From Pseudomonadota bacterium (GTDB taxonomy: Bacteria; Bdellovibrionota_B; Oligoflexia; Oligoflexales; CAIYRB01), in the NCBI GenBank assembly GCA_031416315.1, contig JANOTL010000039.1:1-63063 (forward strand): a stretch of DNA of 63,063 nt, in the 5' to 3' direction. The translations under genes were made by a program, and so were the position numbers. This document shows, piece after piece, positions 8,332-18,334 of this stretch. How positions within the stretch are numbered: position 1 is the stretch's first letter; each line of letters begins with the position of its first letter. Under the pieces are notes generated by a model. The model was not told the DNA's origin. It saw only the letters and a list, made by a program, of their open reading frames with translations, and searched no databases.

Positions 8332-9930
8332 GTGTCGGTCCGAAACATCTCGCTCTTCGCTCTGGCGTCGCTGGTCATCCTATGGCTGGCGCAGCCGATT
8401 TTCGTGCCGATCATGATCGCCTTGCTCTTGACGCAGCTCCTCTCGCCCCTGGTGCGACGTCTGGAGCGTAAGATGCCGTCCTTCGCGGCCATCATGCTTA
8501 GCATGGGCCTGGTGATGCTCGTCCTCGTCGCGACGATCGCGCTCATCGGTGACCAGCTCTCGATTTTGCAGACGAGCCTGCCGGAGATGGCGCAAAGGAT
8601 CTCGCAGCTCGTCGAAGGGACGGTCGCCGACCTCGGGAAATACACCGGCATGGCGCGGAAGAGTCAGGCCGAGCTCGTACGCAAGAGCGTGGAGACCTCG
8701 CTCGCGACTGGCGGCGTCGCCATGATGGGCGCGCTGTCGTTTACGATCGCGACTTTGGCCGAGACGGCACTGGTGATGATCCTCGCCGTCTTGATGCTCT
8801 ACTATCGCTTTCACTTCCGCCGCCAACTGAAGCGCATCGGGGAGGCCCACGGCGCGGCGATCGGCACCGCGATGGACAACGTCGTCGAGCTCGCTCAGCG
8901 CTATGTCGCGGGACTCGGCATCGTCATGACGATCGTCGGCGTCGCCGACACCCTCGTCCTGCTCTTGATCGGCGCTCCGTTCGCCGCGGTCTTCGGGGTC
9001 TTGGGCGCGCTCTCGGTCCTCGTGCCCTACGTCGGCGTCGCCGTCGTCGCCCCCACCTGCGCGGCCATCACCTGGCTCGCCACGGGGTCCGGCGAGTTGT
9101 CCGGCGCCGTCCTCCTCACCTTCGTCCTGATCCATTTCGTCGAAGGCAACATCATCTCGCCCTATCTCGTCGGCTCGAAGGTGAATTTGAACCCCTTGGC
9201 GACCATGCTCGCGATCATGCTCGGCGGCTTCATGTGGGGCCCGGCCGGCATGGTCCTCTTCATTCCGATGTTCGGCGTCCTCAAGCTCGCCCTCGACGCC
9301 ACGTCGGACGCCGATCCGTACGCCAGGCTCCTAGGGTCGGTCACGGCGGAGGATCTCGGCCGCGAGTCTCGCCTGCGGTTCCTGCGCCGCCGCCGGCCGC
9401 CGGCACCTGTTGCTGCGAGCGCCGGGACCGGCATCCTCCTCGCTTGCCTCGTCGTCGCCAGCTTCGGCCTCGGCGGCTGCATCACGGTGAAAGTCGGCGG
9501 CGACGGCAAGAACGAGCCGGCCTTCGACGTCGCCGAGCCCCGCGAGGACTGGGTCAAGCTCGACGAGGTCGCCGCCGGCGTGACGCGCGCTTACCGCTCC
9601 CGCGATTCGGGCGCCGTCCTCGGCATCTCGACGGCTTGCGACAGCGCGGTCGAAATGGGCTTCGAGCCCTTGCTCGAGCAAATGACGACGACGGTTCCAG
9701 AGCGCGTCGTGGTGCAGGCGTCGACCCCGGTCGAGTCGAGCGTCCTACCTTCGCGCTACATGCGGGTCACCGGTCGCTATGACGACCAGCCGGTGGAGAT
9801 GCTCACCGTCGTGCTGAAATCCGAGGCCTGCGTCTACGACCTGACGCTCACCGGGCGCTCGCTCTCGGAAGCTGAGCGCGCCGAGGCCCTGCGCCTCGCC
9901 GCCGGCCTGCGCGAGCGCCGGACCATATGA
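8332..9930 (+). CDS. AI-2E family transporter fused to a C-terminal lipoprotein-like domain
   Basis: AI-2E motifs (LLSPLVRRLE, VPYVG, EGNIISPYLVGSKVNLNP, WGPAGMVLFIP) followed in frame by RRRR-hydrophobic-GLGGC (Cys383) and about 150 aa of soluble domain. Confidence 0.8.
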   Translation: MSVRNISLFALASLVILWLAQPIFVPIMIALLLTQLLSPLVRRLERKMPSFAAIMLSMGLVMLVLVATIALIGDQLSILQTSLPEMAQRISQLVEGTVADLGKYTGMARKSQAELVRKSVETSLATGGVAMMGALSFTIATLAETALVMILAVLMLYYRFHFRRQLKRIGEAHGAAIGTAMDNVVELAQRYVAGLGIVMTIVGVADTLVLLLIGAPFAAVFGVLGALSVLVPYVGVAVVAPTCAAITWLATGSGELSGAVLLTFVLIHFVEGNIISPYLVGSKVNLNPLATMLAIMLGGFMWGPAGMVLFIPMFGVLKLALDATSDADPYARLLGSVTAEDLGRESRLRFLRRRRPPAPVAASAGTGILLACLVVASFGLGGCITVKVGGDGKNEPAFDVAEPREDWVKLDEVAAGVTRAYRSRDSGAVLGISTACDSAVEMGFEPLLEQMTTTVPERVVVQASTPVESSVLPSRYMRVTGRYDDQPVEMLTVVLKSEACVYDLTLTGRSLSEAERAEALRLAAGLRERRTI

Positions 9931-10730
9931 GCTTCGTCCTGCGCAGGATCATCACGCGGATCGCGGGCGTCGCGGGGCACCCTTTAGTGGAAAGCTCGCT
10001 CGGCGCTTACGAGGTGTTGACGGTGGCGAAGAACGCCGCCGTCGCGATGCCGCGCGCCATGCTCGACTTCAGCACGTTCGCCATGCGCTTCCACCTTCTC
10101 ATCGTGCGCTGCGCCGGTCTCGTGACGCTCGCCTCGTTCGCCGCCGGCGCCGTCATGGCGATGCAATTCGGCGCCGGCATGAGCCGCTTCGGCGCGAAAA
10201 ACTACGTGCCGACGGTCGTCGCCACCTCGATCGTCGCCGCGCTGGCGCCCATGCTCGCGGGGCTCATGGCCGCGGCGCGCTCCGGCGGCGGCCTGGCCGC
10301 GGAGGTCGCCGGCATGGTGATCACGCAGCAGCTCGACGCCGTGAAGGCGTTAGGCAGCGACCCGGACCGCAAGCTTTTCGCGCCGAGCATCGTGGCGCTG
10401 GTCGTCGGCTTGCCGATGCTCACCATCGTCGCGGACGTCGCGGGCCTCCTCGGCGGCCTCCTGATCGAGGTCACGATGCTCGGCCTGCCGGCGTCTTTGG
10501 CCGTGAACAAGATGATCGCGGCGATCCATCCGCGTGACGCCAGCCTCGCCATCCTGAAGACCGCGGTCTTCGGCCTGGCGATCGGCGTCCTGGCGGTGAG
10601 GGAGGGCTTGAAGGCGACGGGCGGCACCTCCGGCATCGGCGCCGCGACGACGGCGGCGGTGATCCGCGCCACGGTCGCGGTCCTGATCGCCGATCTGGTG
10701 CTGACGAAGCTGATTTGGGCGACCGCATGA
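9927..10730 (+). CDS. mlaE: MlaE family ABC permease
   Basis: LAPMLAGLMAAARSGGGLAAEVAGMVITQQLDAVKALG; GGTSGIGAATTAAV. Confidence 0.9.
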   Translation: MSFVLRRIITRIAGVAGHPLVESSLGAYEVLTVAKNAAVAMPRAMLDFSTFAMRFHLLIVRCAGLVTLASFAAGAVMAMQFGAGMSRFGAKNYVPTVVATSIVAALAPMLAGLMAAARSGGGLAAEVAGMVITQQLDAVKALGSDPDRKLFAPSIVALVVGLPMLTIVADVAGLLGGLLIEVTMLGLPASLAVNKMIAAIHPRDASLAILKTAVFGLAIGVLAVREGLKATGGTSGIGAATTAAVIRATVAVLIADLVLTKLIWATA

Positions 10731-11476
10731 GCGAAGGCGCGTCCGCAGCTACCGCCGTCCTCAGCATCCGCGGCCTGTGCACGGCTCGCGACGGGCGTCC
10801 GATCCACAAGGAGCTCGACCTCGACGTGATCGAGGGCGAGACGCTCGTCCTGGTCGGCGGCTCCGGCTCCGGCAAGACGACACTCCTGCGCACGCTTGTC
10901 GGCCTCGAGACGGCCGACGGCGGCACCTGCGACTTCGAAGGTCGCGATCTCTTCCAGATTCCCGAGAAAGAGTGGCCGAAGGTGCGCTGCCGCATCGCCT
11001 ACGCTTTCCAATACGGAGCCCTCTTCGACAGCCTGAGCGTCCGCGACAACCTCGAGTTCCCGCTGCGCGAGCACACAAAGCTAAACAAGGCGGAGCGCGC
11101 CGAGAAGGTCACGGCGCAGCTCGAGGCGCTCGGATTAGGTCCGATCGAGACCATGCTCCCCGCCGAGCTCAGCGGCGGCATGCAGAAGCGCGTCGGTGTG
11201 GCGCGCGCCATCATCATGGATCCGAAGGTGATCCTTTACGACGAGCCGACCGCGGGCCTCGACCCCGGCAACACGCGCCGGATCAACCAGACCATCCAGC
11301 GCCTGAAAGCGGCCGGCCACACTTCGATCGTCGTCACGCACGATCCGGCCTGCGCGATGGCGGTCGCCGACCGCTTCGCGTTCCTGGAGAACGGCAAGGT
11401 CGCCGCCACGCAGTCGCGCGAAGACTACGACCGCGCGCCCGATCCGAAGCTGAAAGACTATTTCGCAGGAGAATGA
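10727..11476 (+). CDS. mlaF: MlaF family ABC ATPase
   Basis: Walker A GGSGSGKT, FQYGALFDSL, LSGGMQKR, YDEPTAGLD; ATGA coupling at 10727. Confidence 0.9.
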   Translation: MSEGASAATAVLSIRGLCTARDGRPIHKELDLDVIEGETLVLVGGSGSGKTTLLRTLVGLETADGGTCDFEGRDLFQIPEKEWPKVRCRIAYAFQYGALFDSLSVRDNLEFPLREHTKLNKAERAEKVTAQLEALGLGPIETMLPAELSGGMQKRVGVARAIIMDPKVILYDEPTAGLDPGNTRRINQTIQRLKAAGHTSIVVTHDPACAMAVADRFAFLENGKVAATQSREDYDRAPDPKLKDYFAGE

Positions 11477-11479
11477 GCC

Positions 11480-12361
11480 ATGCGCGTCGCCGGCACCAAA
11501 ACCAAGATCGCGGTCGGAGCCTTTGCGCTTCTCGTCGTCCTCGTCGCCGTCCTCGGGGTCTTCCTCGCGGGCGACGGGCTCGAGGGGATGAAGGAGCGTC
11601 GTAGCTTCATGGTGGTCTTCCGCGACGCCTCGGGCTTGCAGGACGGCGCGCCGGTGAAGATCGGCGGCGTCACCATCGGTCGGGTCACCGGCATTCACCT
11701 CGACTTCGTCGGCAACACGACGCAGGCGGTCGCGCATCTCGAGGTCCTCGACCCGCACTTTCGCCTGGTGCGGACCGACACGAAAGTGCAGCTGCAGACG
11801 CAGGGCGTTCTCGGCGACAAGTACGCCGCGCTCGTCGGGGGCACGCCGGACGCCCAGCTCGCGAAGGACGGCGACATCATTCCCTCGGCGGAGCAGCTCT
11901 CGTTCGACGACGTAACGGTGCACGCCAACAACATTCTGAACAGCGTCGAGGCGATCTTGAAGGACGTAAACCGCTTCACGGCGAGCCTGCCGTCCGGCGA
12001 CCGCATCGAGCACGCGCTCGACGACCTCGCGGCGACGACGACGTCTTTGCGCACGGCCGCAAGCGCGGTGCCTGCGTTCGGCCAGCGCGTCGACACTTTG
12101 ATGGGAAGCGTCGATGCGATCATGGGACGCGCGGACGCGATCATGGTGAAAGCCGAAGGCGCCGCCGCCGCGGTCGAGACGGCCGCGCACAAGATTGCGG
12201 ACGGGCAGGGGACCTTGGGCCTCCTCGTCAACGACCCGAGTCTTTACGACGACGCGCGCGCGTTGTTGGGTCGCAGCAACAGGAACCGCGTGGCGCGCGG
12301 GCTTGTGCGCGAGGCGCTGCGAAACGTGGACGCGCCGGCGGTGGCGGCGCCGGTGCACTGA
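11480..12361 (+). CDS. mlaD: MlaD/MCE domain protein with helical extension
   Basis: N-terminal TM; FRDASGLQDGAPVKIGGVTIGRV; TQGVLGDKY; GTLGLLVNDPSLY. Confidence 0.9.
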   Translation: MRVAGTKTKIAVGAFALLVVLVAVLGVFLAGDGLEGMKERRSFMVVFRDASGLQDGAPVKIGGVTIGRVTGIHLDFVGNTTQAVAHLEVLDPHFRLVRTDTKVQLQTQGVLGDKYAALVGGTPDAQLAKDGDIIPSAEQLSFDDVTVHANNILNSVEAILKDVNRFTASLPSGDRIEHALDDLAATTTSLRTAASAVPAFGQRVDTLMGSVDAIMGRADAIMVKAEGAAAAVETAAHKIADGQGTLGLLVNDPSLYDDARALLGRSNRNRVARGLVREALRNVDAPAVAAPVH

Positions 12362-12365
12362 CCGG

Positions 12366-13067
12366 TCAGAATCCGACGCCGCTCAAAAGCTCCCGCGCCG
12401 GGCCATCGTATAGCGCCCTAAAACCTGCGATCTTGAGATAGCCGAAGACGTCGCCCGCCAAGGTCGCGACGCCGACGATCCGGCCGTTGACGTAGGCCGC
12501 GCTGCCGGAGTCGCCGGGCGCGACGTTCTGGTCCTCGTTCGCGGCGATGAAGCTGAAGCCCGCTTCGTCGCTGAACATCACGTAATTTGCGCCACTGCGC
12601 AGGGTCCCCGCGCCCGAGCCGGCGATATCGAGCCCGCCGTATCCGAGCAAGAAGACCTCGTCCCACGGCGACGCGGCCTCGCCGGCGATCTCCGGATAAC
12701 TCGCGATGCCGCGCCCCGCGCCCGTACCGGCAGGAAAGAGGACGATGGCGAGGTCGGTCTCGTAGCTCAAGACGTCGGGAAGCGAGTCGTCCTCGACCGG
12801 GAGGTAGCGAGCCTCGAGGGACTTGACCTGAACGCCCGCGGAGTCGACGCGGACGTTGCCGGTCGGGTCGCTGCGGTCGACGCAGTGCCGCGCGGTCAGG
12901 AGGACCGTGTCGCTGAGGAAAGTGCCGGTGCACAGGTGCGTGTCGAGCACGTAAAGCTTCGCCGTGGCGGGCCAGTTTGCCTCGGGCTCCTCCACGCCGT
13001 TCATGACGGCGAGCGCGGGGAGCGAGACGATGCTGAGAGCCAGGGCGAGCAGAGCTTGTTTTTTCAT
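12366..13067 (-). CDS. Secreted trypsin-like (S1) serine protease
   Basis: Signal peptide; VMNG mature N-terminus; CTGTFL, LTARHC, DLAIV, GDSGS. Confidence 0.9.
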   Translation of the reverse strand: MKKQALLALALSIVSLPALAVMNGVEEPEANWPATAKLYVLDTHLCTGTFLSDTVLLTARHCVDRSDPTGNVRVDSAGVQVKSLEARYLPVEDDSLPDVLSYETDLAIVLFPAGTGAGRGIASYPEIAGEAASPWDEVFLLGYGGLDIAGSGAGTLRSGANYVMFSDEAGFSFIAANEDQNVAPGDSGSAAYVNGRIVGVATLAGDVFGYLKIAGFRALYDGPARELLSGVGF

Positions 13068-13174
13068 AAGCGGATTTTAAAGCATTTTTATTAAAAATCA
13101 AAACAATCTATAAAGATATCAATAAAAACGACGCGTGATACCATATCGGTATTCCCATCCCAGGAGGTTCCGCC

Positions 13175-14398
13175 TTGAAGATCGCGCCTTATGTGCTCGT
13201 CGCCCTGATCTCCGCGTGCAAATCCCCGGGGCCTACGACCTCCGAGGTCAAGGATCTTCCAGCCCTCCTCCTCCCTGGCGAAGTAAACGCCTACAAGAAG
13301 TACACGCCCGACCAGCTCGCCGAGATGTTCAAGGCCGGAAAGGCCCCCGCGGCTCTGCCGACCGGCTACGGCATCGGCATCCACATCATCCCGGACGGCA
13401 CGCCGGCCGAGGTCCCCGCGAGCCTGGTCAAGGTGACGAAGTACCTGTGGAAAGGCAAGAAGCTCGACGCGAAAGGCAAGGTCCTCCGCGACGACACGCT
13501 CGGCCCGGATCTCGGCGTCAAAGCGCGGCTCGAGCTCGGCACGCTCGCCGCCGCGCTCGACCGCGCTGGATACGCCGCCGACGCGAGCGCGGTCGTCGAC
13601 CAAGGCAGCTCGCTCCTCACCGACTACTCCCAGATCGAATACTCCGGCCCGGCCGCAGCGGCCGCCGCGCCGGCAAAAGGATGGATCGACGAGCTGCGCA
13701 TCGTGGAGGAGGGCGAGAAACCCATCTACCTCGGCCGCTCCACGTATAAAGGCAAATTCTGGGGTTATCTCGTGATTCAGGTCGATCCCGCCGGCGACAG
13801 CGGCGCGGTCACGATCCCGGAGAACCTGACGCTCGCCGGCTTGAAGACCCTCCCGGTCGACGCCTGGGAGGAGCTCTTTCGCGCCGGCAAGGCCGACGAG
13901 ACAATGTTCCCGTCCAAGGACCGCATCGGCACCGTCGTCAAGGGCACGGGCTTTCCGCTGATCTTCCAGACGGCGTCTTTCATCAATCCGATCGCGAACA
14001 AAATCTGGTTTGGGAAGAACTTCAAGACCGAGCTCGTGAACGGCGTGCCGAAGACGATGCTGAAGAACCAGTTCCTTCAGCCTTCCGGCGGCATCCAGCT
14101 CTTCGACGCGCAGGTGATCTTGGACGACTCGCGCCTGGACGACGGCAAGCCGATCATCCTCCTCGACTACCGGATCTCGGGGGTCCCCGGGATCAAGGCG
14201 ATCCGGGACGAGGTCCGCCTCGTGCGCGACGTCACGGAGGCCGGCGTTCGCCGCCGGCTCTTCCTCGGGCCGACGTTCCTCCTCCCCGAGGAGACCCTCA
14301 CAGCCCCGGCAGCCGCGGTGGCCAAGCCTTTCGAGAAGGTCCCCGTTCTCTGGTTCGCGCTCGAGTTCGAGGAGGCCGCCGGTTCGACGGGCTCTTGA
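13175..14398 (+). CDS. Lipoprotein of unknown function with two tandem homologous domains
   Basis: TTG start after AGGAGG; lipobox ISAC; duplicated motifs (F-AGKA, W-GK, I-DE-R-V, LG). Confidence 0.75.
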   Translation: MKIAPYVLVALISACKSPGPTTSEVKDLPALLLPGEVNAYKKYTPDQLAEMFKAGKAPAALPTGYGIGIHIIPDGTPAEVPASLVKVTKYLWKGKKLDAKGKVLRDDTLGPDLGVKARLELGTLAAALDRAGYAADASAVVDQGSSLLTDYSQIEYSGPAAAAAAPAKGWIDELRIVEEGEKPIYLGRSTYKGKFWGYLVIQVDPAGDSGAVTIPENLTLAGLKTLPVDAWEELFRAGKADETMFPSKDRIGTVVKGTGFPLIFQTASFINPIANKIWFGKNFKTELVNGVPKTMLKNQFLQPSGGIQLFDAQVILDDSRLDDGKPIILLDYRISGVPGIKAIRDEVRLVRDVTEAGVRRRLFLGPTFLLPEETLTAPAAAVAKPFEKVPVLWFALEFEEAAGSTGS

Positions 14399-14469
14399 AA
14401 TGAGTAGTTTTGGCTCCTCCGAATTGCTAGAAAACTCTATCAGTTCAAACGTTCGGAGGAGCCATCATC

Positions 14470-15627
14470 ATGCTTTCGATCAAGTCGAAAATTGCGCTTG
14501 CGGCGATCACGCTCGCGGCGACCACCTCGGCCTTCGCCGCCGACCCGACCCTGAAGATCGGCGCCGTCTTCCCGATGAGCGGCTCGCAGTCGACCTACGG
14601 TGAAGAGTCGATGAACGGCGTGACCTTGGCGCTGGAAGATCTCAAGACGACCGACGCGGCCCTCGCCGCCAAGATCACCCTGGTCAAAGAAGACGAGAAG
14701 TCGAACCCGGTCGACGCCGCCTCGGCCGTGAAGAAAGTCCTGAGCGTCGACAAGGTCGACGTGGTCTTCGGCACCGTCGCCAGCTCCAACACGCTCTCCA
14801 TGACGGCCGCCGCCAACGAAGCGGGCAAGCCGCTCGTGACCCCGGCGTCGACCAACCCGGAAGTGACGAAGAAGGGTGACGGCATCTTCCGCACCTGCTT
14901 CATCGACCCCTTCCAAGGCGCCGTCCTCGCCAACTTCGCGCTGACCAACCTCAGCAAGAAGAAAGCGGCCATTCTCCTCGACCACAAATCCGATTACTCG
15001 AAAGGCCTCGCGCAGTTCTTCACCGACGCCTTCAAAGCGGGCGGCGGCGAGATCGTCGCGGAAGAGAGCTACGAAGCCGGCAAAAAGGACTTCAAGACCC
15101 AGCTCACCAAACTGCGCGGCAAGAACCCCGAGGTCCTTCTGATCCCGGGCTACTACACGGAAGTCGGCTTGATCATGAAGCAGGCGAAGCAGATGGGCTT
15201 CAATGTCACTATGCTCGGCGGCGACGGCTGGGACAGCCCGACCCTCTATCAGCTGGCCGGCGCCGACGCGGTCAAGGACCACTACTTCAGCTCGCACTTC
15301 TCCGCCGACGACACCGACCCGGCCGTGCAGAAGTTCGTGAAGGACTATACGGCGAAGTTCAAGATCGCCCCGGGAGCCATGGCCGCCCTCGGCTACGACG
15401 GCGTCCTCGTCATCGCCGACGCCTTCAAGCGCGCCGGCTCGAACGACCCTGCCGCTTTGAAAAAAGCCCTGGGAAGTACGAGTGGATTCAAGGGCGTGAC
15501 TGGTGTAATCTCGATCAACGCCGCCCGTGACGCTGAAAAAGAAGCCGTGGTCCTCAAGACGCTTGGGGACAAGGCCGTCTTTGCGGCGAAGGTCGCGCCG
15601 ACGTCGAGCAACAAGAAAAGTCATTGA
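14470..15627 (+). CDS. livK: Branched-chain amino acid ABC transporter substrate-binding protein
   Basis: KIGAVFPMSG, TPASTNPEVT, FRTCFIDPFQG, GGDGWDS; heads the liv operon. Confidence 0.9.
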   Translation: MLSIKSKIALAAITLAATTSAFAADPTLKIGAVFPMSGSQSTYGEESMNGVTLALEDLKTTDAALAAKITLVKEDEKSNPVDAASAVKKVLSVDKVDVVFGTVASSNTLSMTAAANEAGKPLVTPASTNPEVTKKGDGIFRTCFIDPFQGAVLANFALTNLSKKKAAILLDHKSDYSKGLAQFFTDAFKAGGGEIVAEESYEAGKKDFKTQLTKLRGKNPEVLLIPGYYTEVGLIMKQAKQMGFNVTMLGGDGWDSPTLYQLAGADAVKDHYFSSHFSADDTDPAVQKFVKDYTAKFKIAPGAMAALGYDGVLVIADAFKRAGSNDPAALKKALGSTSGFKGVTGVISINAARDAEKEAVVLKTLGDKAVFAAKVAPTSSNKKSH

Positions 15628-15635
15628 GTGAGCGC

Positions 15636-15666
15636 CTATCCCCGGCGCCGCGTGCGCCGGGGATAG
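15636..15666 (+). other. Intercistronic stem-loop after the binding-protein gene
   Basis: Perfect 13-bp stem CTATCCCCGGCGC / GCGCCGGGGATAG with 5-nt loop and no U-tract. Confidence 0.7.
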
Positions 15667-15705
15667 CGTCAGCCCCGCAGCGAGATCCGAGGACCACGTA
15701 GCCCC

Positions 15706-16596
15706 ATGACGGAATTCCTACAATTCCTGATCAACGGCATCTCAGTTGGTAGCACGTACGCGCTGATCGCCCTCGGCTACACGATGGTTTACGGGATCAT
15801 CCAGCTCATCAACTTCGCCCACGGCGAGTTCCTGATGATGGGCTCCTTCGTCGGCGCGCTCGTCACGACGAAGCTGACCGGAGCGCCTTTGCCCGTCGCG
15901 CTCGCCGTCGCGATGGTCGGCTCCGGCCTCCTCGCCGTCTTCATCGAGCTCGTCGCGTATCGCCCGCTCCGCGGCCATGCGCGCATCTATGTGCTGACGG
16001 CGGCCATCGCCGTCTCGGTCCTCCTCCAGAACGTCGGCCGCGTCACCTTCGGCGCCGCCTCGCAGGCCTTTCCGGCCACCTTCCCGCAAGGCAACATCAC
16101 CTTCGGCAGCGAGTCGAACACGGTCTGGGTCGAGTATTCGCAGCTCATCACGCTCGCCCTGTGCGTCGCGCTCATGGGCGCGCTGTGGGTGATCGTCAAC
16201 AAGACGAAAGTCGGCACCGCCATGCGGGCCGTGTCCCAGGACATCGACGCCGCGCGCCTCATGGGCATCAACACCAACTTCATCATCTCCTTCACCTTCT
16301 TCATCGGCGCCAGCCTCGCCGGCGCGGTCGGCGTGCTTTACGGCATGCAGTACTCGATCGACCCGCTGATGGGCGTCCAGCCGGGTCTCGTCGCCTTCGT
16401 CGCGGCCGTCCTCGGCGGCATCGGCTCGATCCCGGGCGCGATGATCGGCGGCCTCCTGATGGGCATCATCGAGAACCTCGTCGCCGGCTACATCTCGAGC
16501 ACGTACCAGGGCGCGATCACCTTCGCGCTCCTCATCCTCGTCTTGGCGGTGAAGCCGACCGGCCTTCTCGGCAAGATGCAGACGGTCAAAGTCTGA
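15706..16596 (+). CDS. livH: Branched-chain amino acid ABC permease
   Basis: YALIALGYTMVYGIIQLINFAHGE; AVLGGIGSIPGA. Confidence 0.93.
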   Translation: MTEFLQFLINGISVGSTYALIALGYTMVYGIIQLINFAHGEFLMMGSFVGALVTTKLTGAPLPVALAVAMVGSGLLAVFIELVAYRPLRGHARIYVLTAAIAVSVLLQNVGRVTFGAASQAFPATFPQGNITFGSESNTVWVEYSQLITLALCVALMGALWVIVNKTKVGTAMRAVSQDIDAARLMGINTNFIISFTFFIGASLAGAVGVLYGMQYSIDPLMGVQPGLVAFVAAVLGGIGSIPGAMIGGLLMGIIENLVAGYISSTYQGAITFALLILVLAVKPTGLLGKMQTVKV

Positions 16597-17570
16597 TGGA
16601 ATTCCTCGCGGCCTTGGGCCCCACCCTCACCAACAATTTGGAGCTGATCGGGGTCTATGTGATCCTGGCGCTCGGCCTCAACATGATCAACGGCATGGCG
16701 GGAATGTTCTCCCTCGGCCATGCCGGCTTCTGGGCCATCGGCGCGTATGCCTCGGGCGCTATGACGGTATATAACCCACTGAATTTACCGTGGTATTTGT
16801 CTTTTGGCGCCGGCATCGTCCTGGCGGTCGTCCTCGCCGGCGCGGCCGGTCTGATCATCGCGGTCCCTTGTCTGCGCCTTGCCGGGGATTATCTCGCGAT
16901 CGCGACGCTCGGATTCGGGATCATCATCGTGTCGATCCTCTACAACTGGAACCTCGTTGGCGCGGCGACCGGTCTGACCGGCATTCCGACTTACGCCGGC
17001 AAGGTCTTCATCTGGGCCATGGTGGTGGTCACCATCGTCCTGTATTACCGCATCCAGTTCTCCAACGTCGGCCGCGTCATCCGCGCCTTGCGGGAGGACG
17101 AGATCGCCTCGCAGGCGATCGGCATCGACCGGCTGCGCTCCAAGGCCCTCGTCTTCGTCCTCGGCGCCGCGATCGCGGGCCTCGCCGGCGCGCTCTACGC
17201 GAACTCGGCGACCTATCTGAACCCGAGCGGCTTCGAGTTCGACCAGAGCATCAAGGTGCTGACGATGGTCGTTCTCGGCGGTTTGGGCTCGATCACCGGC
17301 GTCACGCTCGCCGCCATCGGCCTGACGCTGATGCCGGAATTGCTGCGCCTTTTTCACCTCGAAGACTACCAAATGCTGGTGTTCGCCGGCGCCCTCCTCG
17401 CGATGGTGCTCCTGCGCCCGCAGGGTCTGATGGGCCGCAAGGAGCTCTGGGATTTCCGCTTCTTCCGGCGCTGGTTTCATCCCGACAAGTACTACCGGGA
17501 CGCGGTGGGAAACCACCCAAGTGAGCGCCCTGCCGGCGGCGTTCACAAGCAGAAGGAGAAGCTGGCATGA
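16596..17570 (+). CDS. livM: Branched-chain amino acid ABC permease
   Basis: TGATG coupling at 16596; SLGHAGF, LRLAGDYLAIATLGFG, VVLGGLGS. Confidence 0.92.
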   Translation: MEFLAALGPTLTNNLELIGVYVILALGLNMINGMAGMFSLGHAGFWAIGAYASGAMTVYNPLNLPWYLSFGAGIVLAVVLAGAAGLIIAVPCLRLAGDYLAIATLGFGIIIVSILYNWNLVGAATGLTGIPTYAGKVFIWAMVVVTIVLYYRIQFSNVGRVIRALREDEIASQAIGIDRLRSKALVFVLGAAIAGLAGALYANSATYLNPSGFEFDQSIKVLTMVVLGGLGSITGVTLAAIGLTLMPELLRLFHLEDYQMLVFAGALLAMVLLRPQGLMGRKELWDFRFFRRWFHPDKYYRDAVGNHPSERPAGGVHKQKEKLA

Positions 17571-18331
17571 CGAGCCTCCTTCAAACCCACGGTCTGGGCA
17601 TCTCGTTCGGTGGCCTCCGCGCGGTCGACAACCTCGATCTAAAGATCGAGAAGGGCGAGATCGTCGGCCTCATCGGGCCGAACGGCGCCGGTAAGACGAC
17701 CGCGTTTAACATGATCACCGGCGTCTACAAGCCGAGCTCGGGCAAAGTCACGCTCGGCGAGGCGCAGATCGACGGCAAGCCCGCTTACGCGATCAACCGT
17801 CTCGGCGTCGCGCGCACCTTCCAGAACATTCGCCTCTTCAAGCAATTGAGCGTGCTCGATAACGTGCGCGCCGCGCTGCACATGCAGGTCGACTACGGCC
17901 TGGTTCACTCGATCCTGCGGACGAAGAAGTTCCGCGAGACCGAGGAGCGCGTGCGCAACCGCGCGATCGAGCTCTTGAAGGTGTTCTCGCTGGAGGAGCG
18001 CCTCTTCGACGACGCCGGCAGCCTCCCGTACGGCGAGCAGCGAAAGCTGGAGATTGTCCGCGCGATGGCGACCAATCCCGCGGTGCTCCTCCTCGACGAG
18101 CCGGCCGCCGGGATGAACCCGCAGGAGACCGCCAACTTGATGGGCCTGATCCACAAGCTGCGCGACGAGTTCGGCGTCACGATCCTCCTGATCGAGCACG
18201 ACATGAGCCTCGTCATGAAGATCTGCGAGCGCATCTACGTGCTCGACTACGGCAAGTTGATCGCGCACGGCGTACCGGCGGAGATCCAGAAGAACCAACA
18301 GGTGATCAAAGCATACCTGGGCGAGGCATAG
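17567..18331 (+). CDS. livG: Branched-chain amino acid ABC ATPase
   Basis: [41 protein letters not shown]. Confidence 0.93.
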   Translation: MTSLLQTHGLGISFGGLRAVDNLDLKIEKGEIVGLIGPNGAGKTTAFNMITGVYKPSSGKVTLGEAQIDGKPAYAINRLGVARTFQNIRLFKQLSVLDNVRAALHMQVDYGLVHSILRTKKFRETEERVRNRAIELLKVFSLEERLFDDAGSLPYGEQRKLEIVRAMATNPAVLLLDEPAAGMNPQETANLMGLIHKLRDEFGVTILLIEHDMSLVMKICERIYVLDYGKLIAHGVPAEIQKNQQVIKAYLGEA

Positions 18332-18334
18332 AGC

